24,000 bases of DNA from Veillonella caviae (GCF_003992125.1 NZ_RQUY01000001.1:113327-137326); one strand, 5' to 3'; shown: positions 8,801 to 17,524, counted from the stretch's first letter. Translations and numbers: made by a program. Notes: generated by a model not told the origin, from the sequence alone.

Positions 8801-9275
8801 ACAATTTCAATTTTTGAAAAACGAGGCTATCAAAAAATTAATATCCTTAGATGAAGAATATCGCCCTTTTGAACCGAAAATAGTATCTGAAGTGTTATCT
8901 TCAGATGCTATTATGCTAGCCTATATTGGCGATGCCGTATATTCTATGTATATTCGTCAGCGCATTGTAGATATGAATATTTCAAAGGTTCAAGTGTTAC
9001 ATACATTAGTGACTGAATTTGTATGTGCTAAGGCTCAATCTAAAGTATTGCAACAATTGGAAATGTCTTTTACTGATGATGAACAACATATTGCAAGACG
9101 CGGTCGCAACAGTAATGTCAATGTACCAAAGAGCAGTTCCGTAAAAGAATACCGAAATAGTACAGCCTTTGAAGCTGTACTAGGTTTTTTATACGAAACA
9201 GGGCAACAAGATAGACTCTATGAATTGATGGGCCAAGCTTATTCTATAACATTACGAGGTCTTTCAAATGGATAA
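8790..9275 (+). CDS. mrnC: Mini-ribonuclease III (23S rRNA maturation)
   Basis: AYIGDAVYSMYIR and STAFEAVLGFLY motifs typical of Mini-III. The position between cysS and rlmB matches Bacillus. Start proposed at GTG 8790 (GGTGGA lies 6 nt upstream), overlapping the cysS end by 11 nt. The exact start is uncertain (alternative TTG 8814). Confidence 0.85.
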   Translation: MKFKQFQFLKNEAIKKLISLDEEYRPFEPKIVSEVLSSDAIMLAYIGDAVYSMYIRQRIVDMNISKVQVLHTLVTEFVCAKAQSKVLQQLEMSFTDDEQHIARRGRNSNVNVPKSSSVKEYRNSTAFEAVLGFLYETGQQDRLYELMGQAYSITLRGLSNG

Positions 9276-10002
9276 TTATATCGTCGGCAGAAATGCTGTC
9301 AAAGAAGCTTTGCGAGCAGGCCGTTCCATACAACGTGTTCTTGTTAGTGAAGATAAAGTTAAAACTGGTTTGGCAGATATTGTAGGATTGGCTAAATCAA
9401 AAGGCGTGGAAGTACGCCTTACGCCAGTAAAACAGTTACAGCGTTATGAAACTGATGTGCCTCACCAAGGTGTTATTGCTCTTGTAAATGCAGTAGAATT
9501 TAAAGACTTAGGAGAAGTATTACAAGAAACTACGCAAAGTGTACCTCTATTGATACTTACAGATGGTGTAGAAGATCCTCATAATATGGGGGCAATCATT
9601 CGTACCGCCGAATGTGTAGGCGCTACAGCCGTACTGATTCCTAAACGTCATAATGCGCCGATTAATGCAACTGTGGCTAAAACATCGGCTGGTGCAGTAG
9701 AACAAATTCCTTTAGTGCAAGTGGGTAATGTAACACAAACTATAAAGCAATTACAAAAACAAGGTTTTTGGGTTCTTGGTGCGCATATGGAAGGAGATCG
9801 TACATTGTACGAAGCAGATATGACTATACCAACAGTGCTTGTTATTGGCAATGAAGGTAAAGGTATAAGTCGTGTAGTGAAAGAGGCTTGTGATTTTTTA
9901 GTAACTATCCCTATGTATGGTAATTTAAATTCCCTTAATGCCTCTGTAGCAGCAGCGGTACTTATGTACGAAGCTGTTCGTCAGCGTGCTACCAAAGGGT
10001 AA
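9268..10002 (+). CDS. rlmB: 23S rRNA (guanosine-2'-O-)-methyltransferase, SpoU/TrmH family (RlmB/YacO-like)
   Basis: SpoU motifs DPHNMGAIIRTA, VIGNEGKGIS and LNASVAAAVLMYE. It overlaps mrnC by 8 nt. Confidence 0.9.
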   Translation: MDNYIVGRNAVKEALRAGRSIQRVLVSEDKVKTGLADIVGLAKSKGVEVRLTPVKQLQRYETDVPHQGVIALVNAVEFKDLGEVLQETTQSVPLLILTDGVEDPHNMGAIIRTAECVGATAVLIPKRHNAPINATVAKTSAGAVEQIPLVQVGNVTQTIKQLQKQGFWVLGAHMEGDRTLYEADMTIPTVLVIGNEGKGISRVVKEACDFLVTIPMYGNLNSLNASVAAAVLMYEAVRQRATKG

Positions 10003-10015
10003 AAGAAGGTGGATT

Positions 10016-10549
10016 ATGCTGAAGGACATCTTAATTGTAGATGGGTATAATGTTATCTTTGCATGGGCACATTTGAAGAAAATCGCCAATGAATCGTTAG
10101 AACATGCACGCATGGAATTGCGGAATCAACTGCTTAATTATGGGAAATTTAAAGGTTATGAAGTAATTCTCGTATTCGATGGAAAATATACAAAAGATGC
10201 GGCCAGTATTGAATCCATTGCAAGAGGTTTTATTGAAGTTTATACAGATGATGGAGAAACGGCAGATGCTTTCATAGAACGGGAAGTATTTTTGCGTAAA
10301 GGCAAATATACTAACGTGTATGTGGTCACATCGGATGGAGCAGAACAAAACCAAATCCTTGGTTCTGGCGGTCTCCGTATACCTGCTAGGGAATTACAAA
10401 ACGATATGAACATTGCAAAGCAAGAAGAACGTTTACAATATACTCATAAACATCATCGAGACCAAGTGGTTCTTAGCCGCAACGAAGTGTATGATCATCT
10501 CAGTCCAGATATAGCGGAAAAATTAGATGCCTTACGCAAAGGTAAGTAA
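10016..10549 (+). CDS. yacP: NYN-domain ribonuclease (YacP/Rae1-like)
   Basis: LIVDGYNVIF...VVTSDGAEQ pattern of the YacP NYN family. Start trimmed to ATG 10016, preceded by GAAGGTGG. Conserved position before sigH. Confidence 0.88.
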   Translation: MLKDILIVDGYNVIFAWAHLKKIANESLEHARMELRNQLLNYGKFKGYEVILVFDGKYTKDAASIESIARGFIEVYTDDGETADAFIEREVFLRKGKYTNVYVVTSDGAEQNQILGSGGLRIPARELQNDMNIAKQEERLQYTHKHHRDQVVLSRNEVYDHLSPDIAEKLDALRKGK

Positions 10550-10652
10550 TATAGAAGCGTGGATGAGTATATTAATAGGTAAAATATACAATCTAGTGAA
10601 TTTTATTTTCCCTAGTCGAACCTTATGATAGAATACCCTTTTGTCTTATATG

Positions 10653-10681
10653 TTGCGGAACTTAGTTAATTCATATATAAT
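10653..10681 (+). promoter_or_regulatory. Candidate sigma-70 promoter for sigH
   Basis: TTGCGG (10653-10658), 17-nt spacer, TATAAT (10676-10681). A second extended -10, TGaTAGAAT, lies at 10626-10634. Confidence 0.5.
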
Positions 10682-10724
10682 GAAATATATTGGTATTTCT
10701 ACAATATGATTGTAAGGAGGACCT

Positions 10725-11393
10725 ATGAAGCAGATTCATACGTACCAGTCCGATTACAATTTCAAAGAAATGACCGATGAGCAAGTTGTGGTCATTGCTC
10801 AAGAAGAGCAGAATGAGTTTGCAATCGACTATATAGTCAACAAATATAAGAACTTTGTTCGTGCTAAAGCACGTACATATTTTTTAGTTGGTGCGGACCG
10901 AGACGATATTATTCAAGAAGGAATGATTGGTCTCTATAAGGCGACACGTGATTTTAAAAATGATAAACTCACGTCTTTTAGGGCCTTTGCTGAATTATGC
11001 ATTACTAGGCAAATTATAACGGCCATTAAATCTGCAACGAGACAGAAACATGCACCACTTAATTCGTATATTTCGTTAAATAAACCAGTCTATACTGATG
11101 AATCGGAACGGACACTGATTGAAATGTTATCGTCAGCGTGCGTTACTAATCCAGAGGAATTAATTATTAGCCGAGAAGAATTGGATGATATAGAACGTAG
11201 TATTGGTTACATTCTCAGCGATTTAGAATGGGAAGTGTTGGAAGGCTATTTAGATGGCAAATCCTATCAGGAAATGGCTGCTGGCACCAATCGTAGTGTA
11301 AAATCTATTGATAATGCATTACAAAGGGTCAAACGTAAATTAGAGAAGTTTTTAGAGCACCGTGTACTCGGTGTTTCGATACAGGAAGGATGA
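10725..11393 (+). CDS. sigH: RNA polymerase sigma factor SigH (sigma-70 family, sigma-H type)
   Basis: Region 2 (DDIIQEGMIGLYKATRDF, FRAFAELCITRQIITAIK) and a region 4 HTH (SYQEMAAGTNRSVKSIDNALQRVKRKL). Strong RBS AAGGAGG. Conserved position after yacP. Confidence 0.9.
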   Translation: MKQIHTYQSDYNFKEMTDEQVVVIAQEEQNEFAIDYIVNKYKNFVRAKARTYFLVGADRDDIIQEGMIGLYKATRDFKNDKLTSFRAFAELCITRQIITAIKSATRQKHAPLNSYISLNKPVYTDESERTLIEMLSSACVTNPEELIISREELDDIERSIGYILSDLEWEVLEGYLDGKSYQEMAAGTNRSVKSIDNALQRVKRKLEKFLEHRVLGVSIQEG

Positions 11394-11635
11394 ACATCGT
11401 GACAAATTTTTTAATGGTTCTAGAAATCATTGTATCCGTTTTATTAATTGTGGTAGTAGTAGCTCAAAACAGTAAATCTTCTGGTATGGGTGGTTCTGTT
11501 TCTGGCGCTGCCGATTCTACATTTGGCGGTAAGGAACGCGGTTTAGACGGATTTTTGTCTAGATGTACAGTTATATTAGGGATTATCTTTGCTGTGTTGA
11601 GTTTAGTACTAGGGGCAATGATTAACCAATTTTAA
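11390..11635 (+). CDS. secG: Preprotein translocase subunit SecG
   Basis: 81 aa with two TM helices separated by a Gly/Ser-rich loop (QNSKSSGMGGSVSGAADSTFGGK), typical of SecG. Its ATGA start overlaps the sigH stop. Confidence 0.88.
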   Translation: MNIVTNFLMVLEIIVSVLLIVVVVAQNSKSSGMGGSVSGAADSTFGGKERGLDGFLSRCTVILGIIFAVLSLVLGAMINQF

Positions 11636-11640
11636 TGATG

Positions 11641-11668
11641 AAAGCCTGCCTAGCAGGCTTTTTATTTT
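11641..11668 (+). terminator. Rho-independent terminator after secG
   Basis: AAAGCCTGC CTA GCAGGCTTT hairpin followed by a T-run. Confidence 0.85.
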
Positions 11669-11796
11669 TATATGTTCATAATAGTAATTATCATACATAG
11701 TATTGATAATTATAGTTATTTAGCTTTAAAAATTATATATCGTTTTTAGAAGTATTAGTACAAATACATAATCCTACGTATAAAGGGGGTGTTATA

Positions 11797-14121
11797 ATGA
11801 AAGAAACAATTCTTAATTTTTATAAATCTATTTATCCCAATACATATCATATAGAAGATGCAGCAATGGATTGTCACATTCGAGGTGGTAAGGAATTAGA
11901 TACTTTCATAGAAGCCGGTAGAGAATTATGTAAAGAAGGTAATTTACAATTTATTCGCCGTGATGTGTATGCTTATAATGATGATCACGAAGATGTTGTG
12001 GGAATTTATAAAGGGTACCGCAAATCCTTTGGTTTCGTTATTACTGGACCTGATGAAGAGGACGTGTATATAGCAGAGTACAATAAAGGCACCGCTATGC
12101 ACAATGATAAAGTTCGGGTGCGCATCATAAAGTCTAAAGATAGTCGGCATAAACGAGAAGGTGTCATTACTTCTGTTTTAGAAAGAGCTAATGAAACAGT
12201 AGTAGGTACCTACGATCGACAACGCAATTTTGGATTTGTCATTCCTGATGATGAACGATTGGGCACGGATATATTCGTTGATTTGCAACATACTTTAGAT
12301 GCTCGTAGTGGTGCAAAAGTTCTCGTGAAAATTATGAAATGGCCTGATGGGGATAAGAAACCAGAAGGTATGATTATAGAAGTCTTAGGTTATAAAGGTG
12401 ATATTGGCCTAGATATTAATTGTATTATGGCAGAGCATCATATTCCATTTTCTTTTCCAGAAAACGTCATTAAAGCTAGCAAGCACATTGATATGACTAT
12501 ACATGATGATTCCAATCGTTGGGATTTGCGCCATATTCCGATGGTGACTATCGACGGTGAAGATGCAAAAGACCTAGATGATGCTGTTAGTGGTCGCAAA
12601 TTAGATAATGGAAATTATGAATTAGGAGTTCACATTGCGGATGTAAGCCATTATGTGGAATCACAAAAAGCTATCGACAAAGAAGCTTATGACCGTGGTA
12701 CTTCCGTATATTTGGTAGATAGAGTGATTCCTATGTTGCCAGAATCTTTGTCAAACGGCATTTGTAGTTTGAATGCAGGTGAAGACCGATATGCTATGAC
12801 ATGTATGATGGAAATCAATCAAGCTGGTAAGGTAGTGGATTATCATATTCAACCGTCCATTATTCATGTAAATAGACGGTGTAGTTATAAGGAAGTATAC
12901 AAAGCATTAGCTGAGGATATTATACCTGAAGATTTATTGCCTCTAATGCCGATGCTCAAGGATTTAGCATGCATTGCAGAAAATCTTCGCGCTATGCGCT
13001 ATCGCCGTGGTGCTCTTGATTTTGATTTTCCTGAATATAAGGTACTTCTTGACCATGATGGAACACCACTTCGCATTGTGAAACGAGAACGGACTCTGGC
13101 AGAGCGATTAATCGAAGAGTGTATGCTCATTGCCAATGAAACGGTAGCGACTCATTTAAAAAATACTCATCGTCCAAGTGTTTATCGTATTCATGAAGTG
13201 CCAAGTGATGAAAAAATGGAATTATTCCAAAAGGTGCTTAATTACTTAGGTCAAAATATACGGCTTAATGGGGAAACTTTAGAACCACGTCAATTTCAAT
13301 ATATTTTAGATACTGTTAAGGGTACAGATATTGAACAAGTGACACAAATTATGACTTTGCGGTCTATGCAACAGGCAAAATATAGTACTGACAATGTAGG
13401 ACATTTTGGTTTGGCCTCTACATGTTATACACATTTTACATCGCCTATACGACGGTATCCTGATTTGATGGTGCATCGTTTGTTAAAGGCGGATATGAAT
13501 TGGCGTAATGGATATAGTAAACGAGATACTACTGCGGAATTTTTAGTGAGGGCAGCGGAACATTCATCGTTAAAGGAACAAGATGCAGTATCTGCTGAAC
13601 GGGATACGGTAGATCTTAAAAAGACTCAATATATGGTGCCTTTTATAGGTGAAGTTTTTGAAGGAACAATTTCTAGTATTACATCATTTGGTATGTTCGT
13701 TGAATTAGAAAACGGTATTGATGGACTTGTGCATATGAGCATGATGACGGATGACTATTATTTCTATGATGAAGAACATTTTGTTCTCGTAGGCAAACGG
13801 ACAGGTAAAATTTATCGATTAGGAGAGACGGTAACTGTTACCTTGGTGAAAGCAGATGTAGAAAAACGTCAAATTGATTTTGTTCTTGGTGAAGTTGATA
13901 ATTTAATGAAAATCCAAGAAGAAATGAATATCTCTAGTTCTTATGTATCTAAACGTGAAAAAAATCCATTAGGACGTACTAGTAGCAGCAAACAATTGAA
14001 ACGGCGTGGTAGAAAGTCCAATAGTGGTAAATCGAGTGGACGAAAATCTAGAAAAATAAGTACGAAATGCAATGCTGTAGGAAAATCAAAACATAAAAAA
14101 GGAAAAAAACGTAAACGATAA
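11797..14121 (+). CDS. rnr: Ribonuclease R
   Basis: Cold-shock-like N-terminal domains, RNB catalytic domain (DGEDAKDLDDAV; HFGLASTCYTHFTSPIRRYPD), S1 domain (GEVFEGTISSITSFGMFVEL) and a Lys/Arg/Ser-rich C-terminal tail. RBS AAGGGGGTG. Confidence 0.96.
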   Translation: MKETILNFYKSIYPNTYHIEDAAMDCHIRGGKELDTFIEAGRELCKEGNLQFIRRDVYAYNDDHEDVVGIYKGYRKSFGFVITGPDEEDVYIAEYNKGTAMHNDKVRVRIIKSKDSRHKREGVITSVLERANETVVGTYDRQRNFGFVIPDDERLGTDIFVDLQHTLDARSGAKVLVKIMKWPDGDKKPEGMIIEVLGYKGDIGLDINCIMAEHHIPFSFPENVIKASKHIDMTIHDDSNRWDLRHIPMVTIDGEDAKDLDDAVSGRKLDNGNYELGVHIADVSHYVESQKAIDKEAYDRGTSVYLVDRVIPMLPESLSNGICSLNAGEDRYAMTCMMEINQAGKVVDYHIQPSIIHVNRRCSYKEVYKALAEDIIPEDLLPLMPMLKDLACIAENLRAMRYRRGALDFDFPEYKVLLDHDGTPLRIVKRERTLAERLIEECMLIANETVATHLKNTHRPSVYRIHEVPSDEKMELFQKVLNYLGQNIRLNGETLEPRQFQYILDTVKGTDIEQVTQIMTLRSMQQAKYSTDNVGHFGLASTCYTHFTSPIRRYPDLMVHRLLKADMNWRNGYSKRDTTAEFLVRAAEHSSLKEQDAVSAERDTVDLKKTQYMVPFIGEVFEGTISSITSFGMFVELENGIDGLVHMSMMTDDYYFYDEEHFVLVGKRTGKIYRLGETVTVTLVKADVEKRQIDFVLGEVDNLMKIQEEMNISSSYVSKREKNPLGRTSSSKQLKRRGRKSNSGKSSGRKSRKISTKCNAVGKSKHKKGKKRKR

Positions 14122-14130
14122 GAGGAGATT

Positions 14131-14601
14131 ATGGCAAAACAAAATTCACCATCGTTAATTGCAGATAATAGAAAAGCTCGTCATGATTATCATATTCATG
14201 AAACCTATGAAGCAGGTATTGCCTTAACAGGGACGGAAATAAAATCTATACGACAAGGAAAATTGAATTTAAAAGATAGTTTTATTCGTATCCATAATGG
14301 GGAAATGCTTCTCATGGGTGTTCATATTAGCCCTTATGAACAAGGCAATCGTTTTAATCACGAGCCGGAACGAACAAGAAAATTATTGATGCATCGCAAA
14401 GAAATCGATAAGCTCTTTGGTCAAGTTAAAGAAAAGGGATTTTCTCTCATTCCTTTGAATTTTCATTTTAGTCGTGGTTATGTAAAGGTTACGGTAGGTT
14501 TAGTAACCGGTAAGAAAAATTACGATAAACGTCAAGATATGGCGGAACGTGATGCAAAACGAGATATTGCAAAACGATTAAAAGAACAACAAAAATATTG
14601 A
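14131..14601 (+). CDS. smpB: SsrA-binding protein SmpB
   Basis: IADNRKARHDY and GTEIKSIR motifs, with a basic C-terminal tail. RBS AGAGGAG. It follows rnr, as in Bacillus. Confidence 0.96.
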   Translation: MAKQNSPSLIADNRKARHDYHIHETYEAGIALTGTEIKSIRQGKLNLKDSFIRIHNGEMLLMGVHISPYEQGNRFNHEPERTRKLLMHRKEIDKLFGQVKEKGFSLIPLNFHFSRGYVKVTVGLVTGKKNYDKRQDMAERDAKRDIAKRLKEQQKY

Positions 14602-14630
14602 TGCTTTATATCGCATAAAGCCTATATAAT

Positions 14631-14666
14631 AGGGGATGGTTACATTGTAACTATCCTCTATTTTTT
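14631..14666 (+). terminator. Rho-independent terminator after smpB
   Basis: 13-bp stem AGGGGATGGTTAC / GTAACTATCCTCT (two G-U pairs) with loop ATT, followed by ATTTTTT. Confidence 0.8.
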
Positions 14667-14700
14667 ACACCTTATTGTTAACTGATTTTAATAAAAGTGG

Positions 14701-14729
14701 TTGATAAAAATTTCGCATGTTTATATAAT
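14701..14729 (+). promoter_or_regulatory. Sigma-70 promoter of the membrane protein-bioW-bioF unit
   Basis: TTGATA (14701-14706), 17-nt spacer, TATAAT (14724-14729). Confidence 0.7.
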
Positions 14730-14758
14730 GTAAACAAGTAATATTTTTTTAGTTAACA
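14729..14758 (+). promoter_or_regulatory. Candidate BirA operator (bioO-like inverted repeat)
   Basis: TGTAAAC (14729-14735), 16-nt A/T-rich spacer, GTTAACA (14752-14758). It begins at the last base of the -10 hexamer and covers the predicted transcription start. The half-sites resemble the TGTAAAC/GTTTACA-type BirA operators of E. coli and Firmicutes. Confidence 0.55.
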
Positions 14759-14783
14759 AAATTGGTGTTATGAGGTGGGTATT

Positions 14784-15278
14784 ATGAATCAAATTCGACA
14801 AATTACGGAAATTGGTATTTTAACGGCTATGATTACTATATTAGGGGCAATTAAGATTCCTAATTTAGTACCAGGTATTGAATTTCAATTATCTGCGCCT
14901 TTGGCTGTTGCTATATGTGCTGTATTTGGTTTTAAGAAATATATTATTAGTGGCTGTTTGTCCAGTTTGATAGGATTAGCTTTGGGGACTCAAACATTGC
15001 TAAGTGTAGCTATAGCTATGCAATTTAGATTAATTGTTGGATTCATACTTTGGATTTGTCATAATCATATGGCTAGTATTGTTATCAGTGGACCTATTGC
15101 ATCTGCATTAGCAAGAATAACTTTGTCTGTTTATGTAGGTAAAGGTGCATTAGCTATGGTAATGCTTGCCGTACCAGGTATGATTTTTACGGCTCTCGCA
15201 GCGCCTGTTATGGTGAAAGTATTTAAAAAGGTAGTGTCTATGGCAGAACATAGTGTACCTCGTAAACTCCTTCGTTAG
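14784..15278 (+). CDS. Uncharacterised small polytopic membrane protein encoded with bioW-bioF (possible substrate-capture or uptake component)
   Basis: 164 aa with 5-6 predicted hydrophobic helices. ATG 14784 is preceded by GAGGTGG. The N-terminal pattern ITEIGILTAMITILGAIKIP...PGIEFQLSAP resembles vitamin-transporter S-components. I do not recognise a named family. Confidence 0.7.
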   Translation: MNQIRQITEIGILTAMITILGAIKIPNLVPGIEFQLSAPLAVAICAVFGFKKYIISGCLSSLIGLALGTQTLLSVAIAMQFRLIVGFILWICHNHMASIVISGPIASALARITLSVYVGKGALAMVMLAVPGMIFTALAAPVMVKVFKKVVSMAEHSVPRKLLR

Positions 15279-15392
15279 CCTATATTCTTTAATGGTTTTT
15301 ATAGATGTATATCTGTAGATAATCGAAGATATAAGAGTTCTAGAATAATACATGTGAAGAATTATAGTCATAGTGAGGGTAGGCGAACGATA

Positions 15393-16160
15393 GTGAATAC
15401 ATTATATAGTATTCGTATGCGCAGTGCGGAAGGTGGTGCCCATGAGCACGGTGGGCGTCATATTTCCGGTGCTGAGCGTATTGTAGATGAAAAAACGTTG
15501 AAAATAATAGCTCAACAATTGATTGATAGAGCATTACATCATAGTAAAGGAACTGCAGATTTTATTAATATATGTATAGAGAAAATTGAACCCCATCAAA
15601 TTCAGTATATACGACCATTAGCTGTTGCTATTTACGAGTCGAATACTATTGATGAATCTCATGCGTTGGCGAAAGATTTGCTGTGCCAATCTGTTTCGGC
15701 AAAGGCGGTAGAGTGTGCATTTTCTTTTTTACAAAGCTTAAATACGAATATGCGTGGCGCGATATTGTTGGATAGTCAAACTGGAGAACGACTAGATAGA
15801 ACAGGACAGAAAGGTATTCGCGTTACGAGGATGGATGTAATAGGTAAACATCCTAGTTATATCGTTACAACAGATAATACGGAAATTCCTGTTAATACCC
15901 ATTTAGCAGAGGCGTTAGTATTAGCATCTAAAGTACAATCCTGTAAGGGGATCGTTGGAGAACTTTGTTGGTCAGATGATCCAGATTATACAGTTGGTTA
16001 TGTAGCCTGCAATGGCAAATATCATCGATTGCAGCACATGAAGCCTTTGGGAAGTGAGATAGGTGGTCGTGTATTTTTTATAGATAGTCATGTTTCAGTA
16101 GAAAGTGTTGAGTCTTATTTGGAATCACAAGCTGTTTTAGTCACATGGCAAGATAGATGA
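15393..16160 (+). CDS. bioW: 6-carboxyhexanoate--CoA ligase (pimeloyl-CoA synthetase) BioW
   Basis: LYSIRMRSAEGGAHEHGGRHISGAERIV and ELCWSDDPDYTVGYVA match the B. subtilis BioW pattern (FYSVRMRA...HEDGGKHISGGERL; ELCWSDDPDYITGYVA). GTG 15393 gives an N-terminus matching BioW. The track start GTG 15354 is an alternative. Confidence 0.9.
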   Translation: MNTLYSIRMRSAEGGAHEHGGRHISGAERIVDEKTLKIIAQQLIDRALHHSKGTADFINICIEKIEPHQIQYIRPLAVAIYESNTIDESHALAKDLLCQSVSAKAVECAFSFLQSLNTNMRGAILLDSQTGERLDRTGQKGIRVTRMDVIGKHPSYIVTTDNTEIPVNTHLAEALVLASKVQSCKGIVGELCWSDDPDYTVGYVACNGKYHRLQHMKPLGSEIGGRVFFIDSHVSVESVESYLESQAVLVTWQDR

Positions 16161-16241
16161 CAACAACGCAATCTAGATAGCCGTAAATAAATTATTGGGA
16201 TGTTTCATCTATAATAGTTAACAACTTATAGGAATCGTTAT

Positions 16242-17381
16242 ATGAATTATGATATATATTTTAAAACCAAATTAGAAGAAAAACATAAAGAGAATAATTT
16301 GCGGAGTTTAAAATCGTACACCCCTATTAATGCAGTTACTGTACGTTGGGATGGAAAAGATTATTTGATGATGGCATCCAACAATTATTTAGGACTAACA
16401 CATCATCCACAAGTACAGCAAGCTGCTGTGGATGCAAGTAGAAGATATGGTACTGGCTCTGGCGGTGCTAGATTGACATCGGGGACATTCCCATTGTTTA
16501 CAGAGCTTGAGCAGGAATTAGCAAGATGTAAAGGTACGGAATCAGCTTTGGTTTTTAATACTGGATATATGGCTAATGTAGGTACTATTAGTGCAATAGC
16601 AAATAAAGAATGGGTTATTGTCAGTGATGAATTAAATCATGCCAGTATTATAGATGGATGCCGTTTAAGCGGTGCTACCATTGAACGATATAAACATAAA
16701 GATGTGGAAGAGGTAGAATTTTTATTACAAAAATATAGGGGCGCTCGTATTTTGCTTATTACGGATAGTGTATTTAGTATGGATGGTGATATTGCCCCTT
16801 TACATGATTTGCAACGATTATCTCGAGATTATCATGCTTTGCTCATGGTCGATGATGCTCATGCAACAGGTGTCATTGGACATGGTATAGCTGACTATTA
16901 TGATATCCATGATGTAGATATTCAACTTGGTACATTGAGCAAAGCATTAGGTTCCGTAGGTGGATTTGTAGCGGCTTCTCGTAATATAATCGAATATTTA
17001 ATCAATTATAGTCGTAGTTTTATATTTTCTACTGCATTATCACCAGCGGATATCGGCGCTGCATTAGCTGCACTTCGTATCATCGAAACGGATAGAACCT
17101 TGATCTCGAAACTGCAAGATAATTCGCGATATATGGCATCTAAGCTTATTGAATTAGGGATTCCCTGTGATGACGAAACACCTATTTTTCCCATTGTAAT
17201 CGGTGATAATGAAAAAACATTGCGCGCTGCCATGGAGCTTCAAGATAAGGGGATTATTATAACGGCTATTCGCCCACCTACAGTGCCTGTTGGTGAAAGT
17301 AGACTGCGCCTTACCGTTACGGCAGCTCATAGTAGAGAACAATTGGACTATGTTGCATCAGCATTGGATGAAACATTGTAA
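16242..17381 (+). CDS. bioF: 8-amino-7-oxononanoate synthase BioF
   Basis: Alpha-oxoamine synthase family: DELNHASIIDG, SVFSMDGD, DDAHATG, and PLP-lysine context GTLSKALG. It is adjacent to bioW. Confidence 0.9.
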   Translation: MNYDIYFKTKLEEKHKENNLRSLKSYTPINAVTVRWDGKDYLMMASNNYLGLTHHPQVQQAAVDASRRYGTGSGGARLTSGTFPLFTELEQELARCKGTESALVFNTGYMANVGTISAIANKEWVIVSDELNHASIIDGCRLSGATIERYKHKDVEEVEFLLQKYRGARILLITDSVFSMDGDIAPLHDLQRLSRDYHALLMVDDAHATGVIGHGIADYYDIHDVDIQLGTLSKALGSVGGFVAASRNIIEYLINYSRSFIFSTALSPADIGAALAALRIIETDRTLISKLQDNSRYMASKLIELGIPCDDETPIFPIVIGDNEKTLRAAMELQDKGIIITAIRPPTVPVGESRLRLTVTAAHSREQLDYVASALDETL

Positions 17382-17524
17382 GCGATTTTGTAATAGTAAG
17401 AATTAATTGTATAAATAACTATAAAAATAAAACATATTATTATTTGATCTTTTTTATACAGCATTATTTGTATATTACTATGATAATATTATATATGTTT
17501 TATCATATGTATGGTGTGCAGGTA

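Noticed and set aside
15150-15534. Two minus-strand ORFs (15150-15371 and 15340-15534) spanning the gap between the membrane protein gene and bioW
   Set aside because: Both mostly overlap the + strand coding sequences on either side. Their His/Tyr-rich sequences look non-genic and no RBS is present.
16221-16236. TATAAT plus a GTTAACA half-site upstream of bioF, and a TGTTAAC at 17978-17984, as additional BirA operators
   Set aside because: No acceptable partner half-site is present at the 16-nt spacing, and no suitable -35 is present. They are isolated heptamers in AT-rich DNA.
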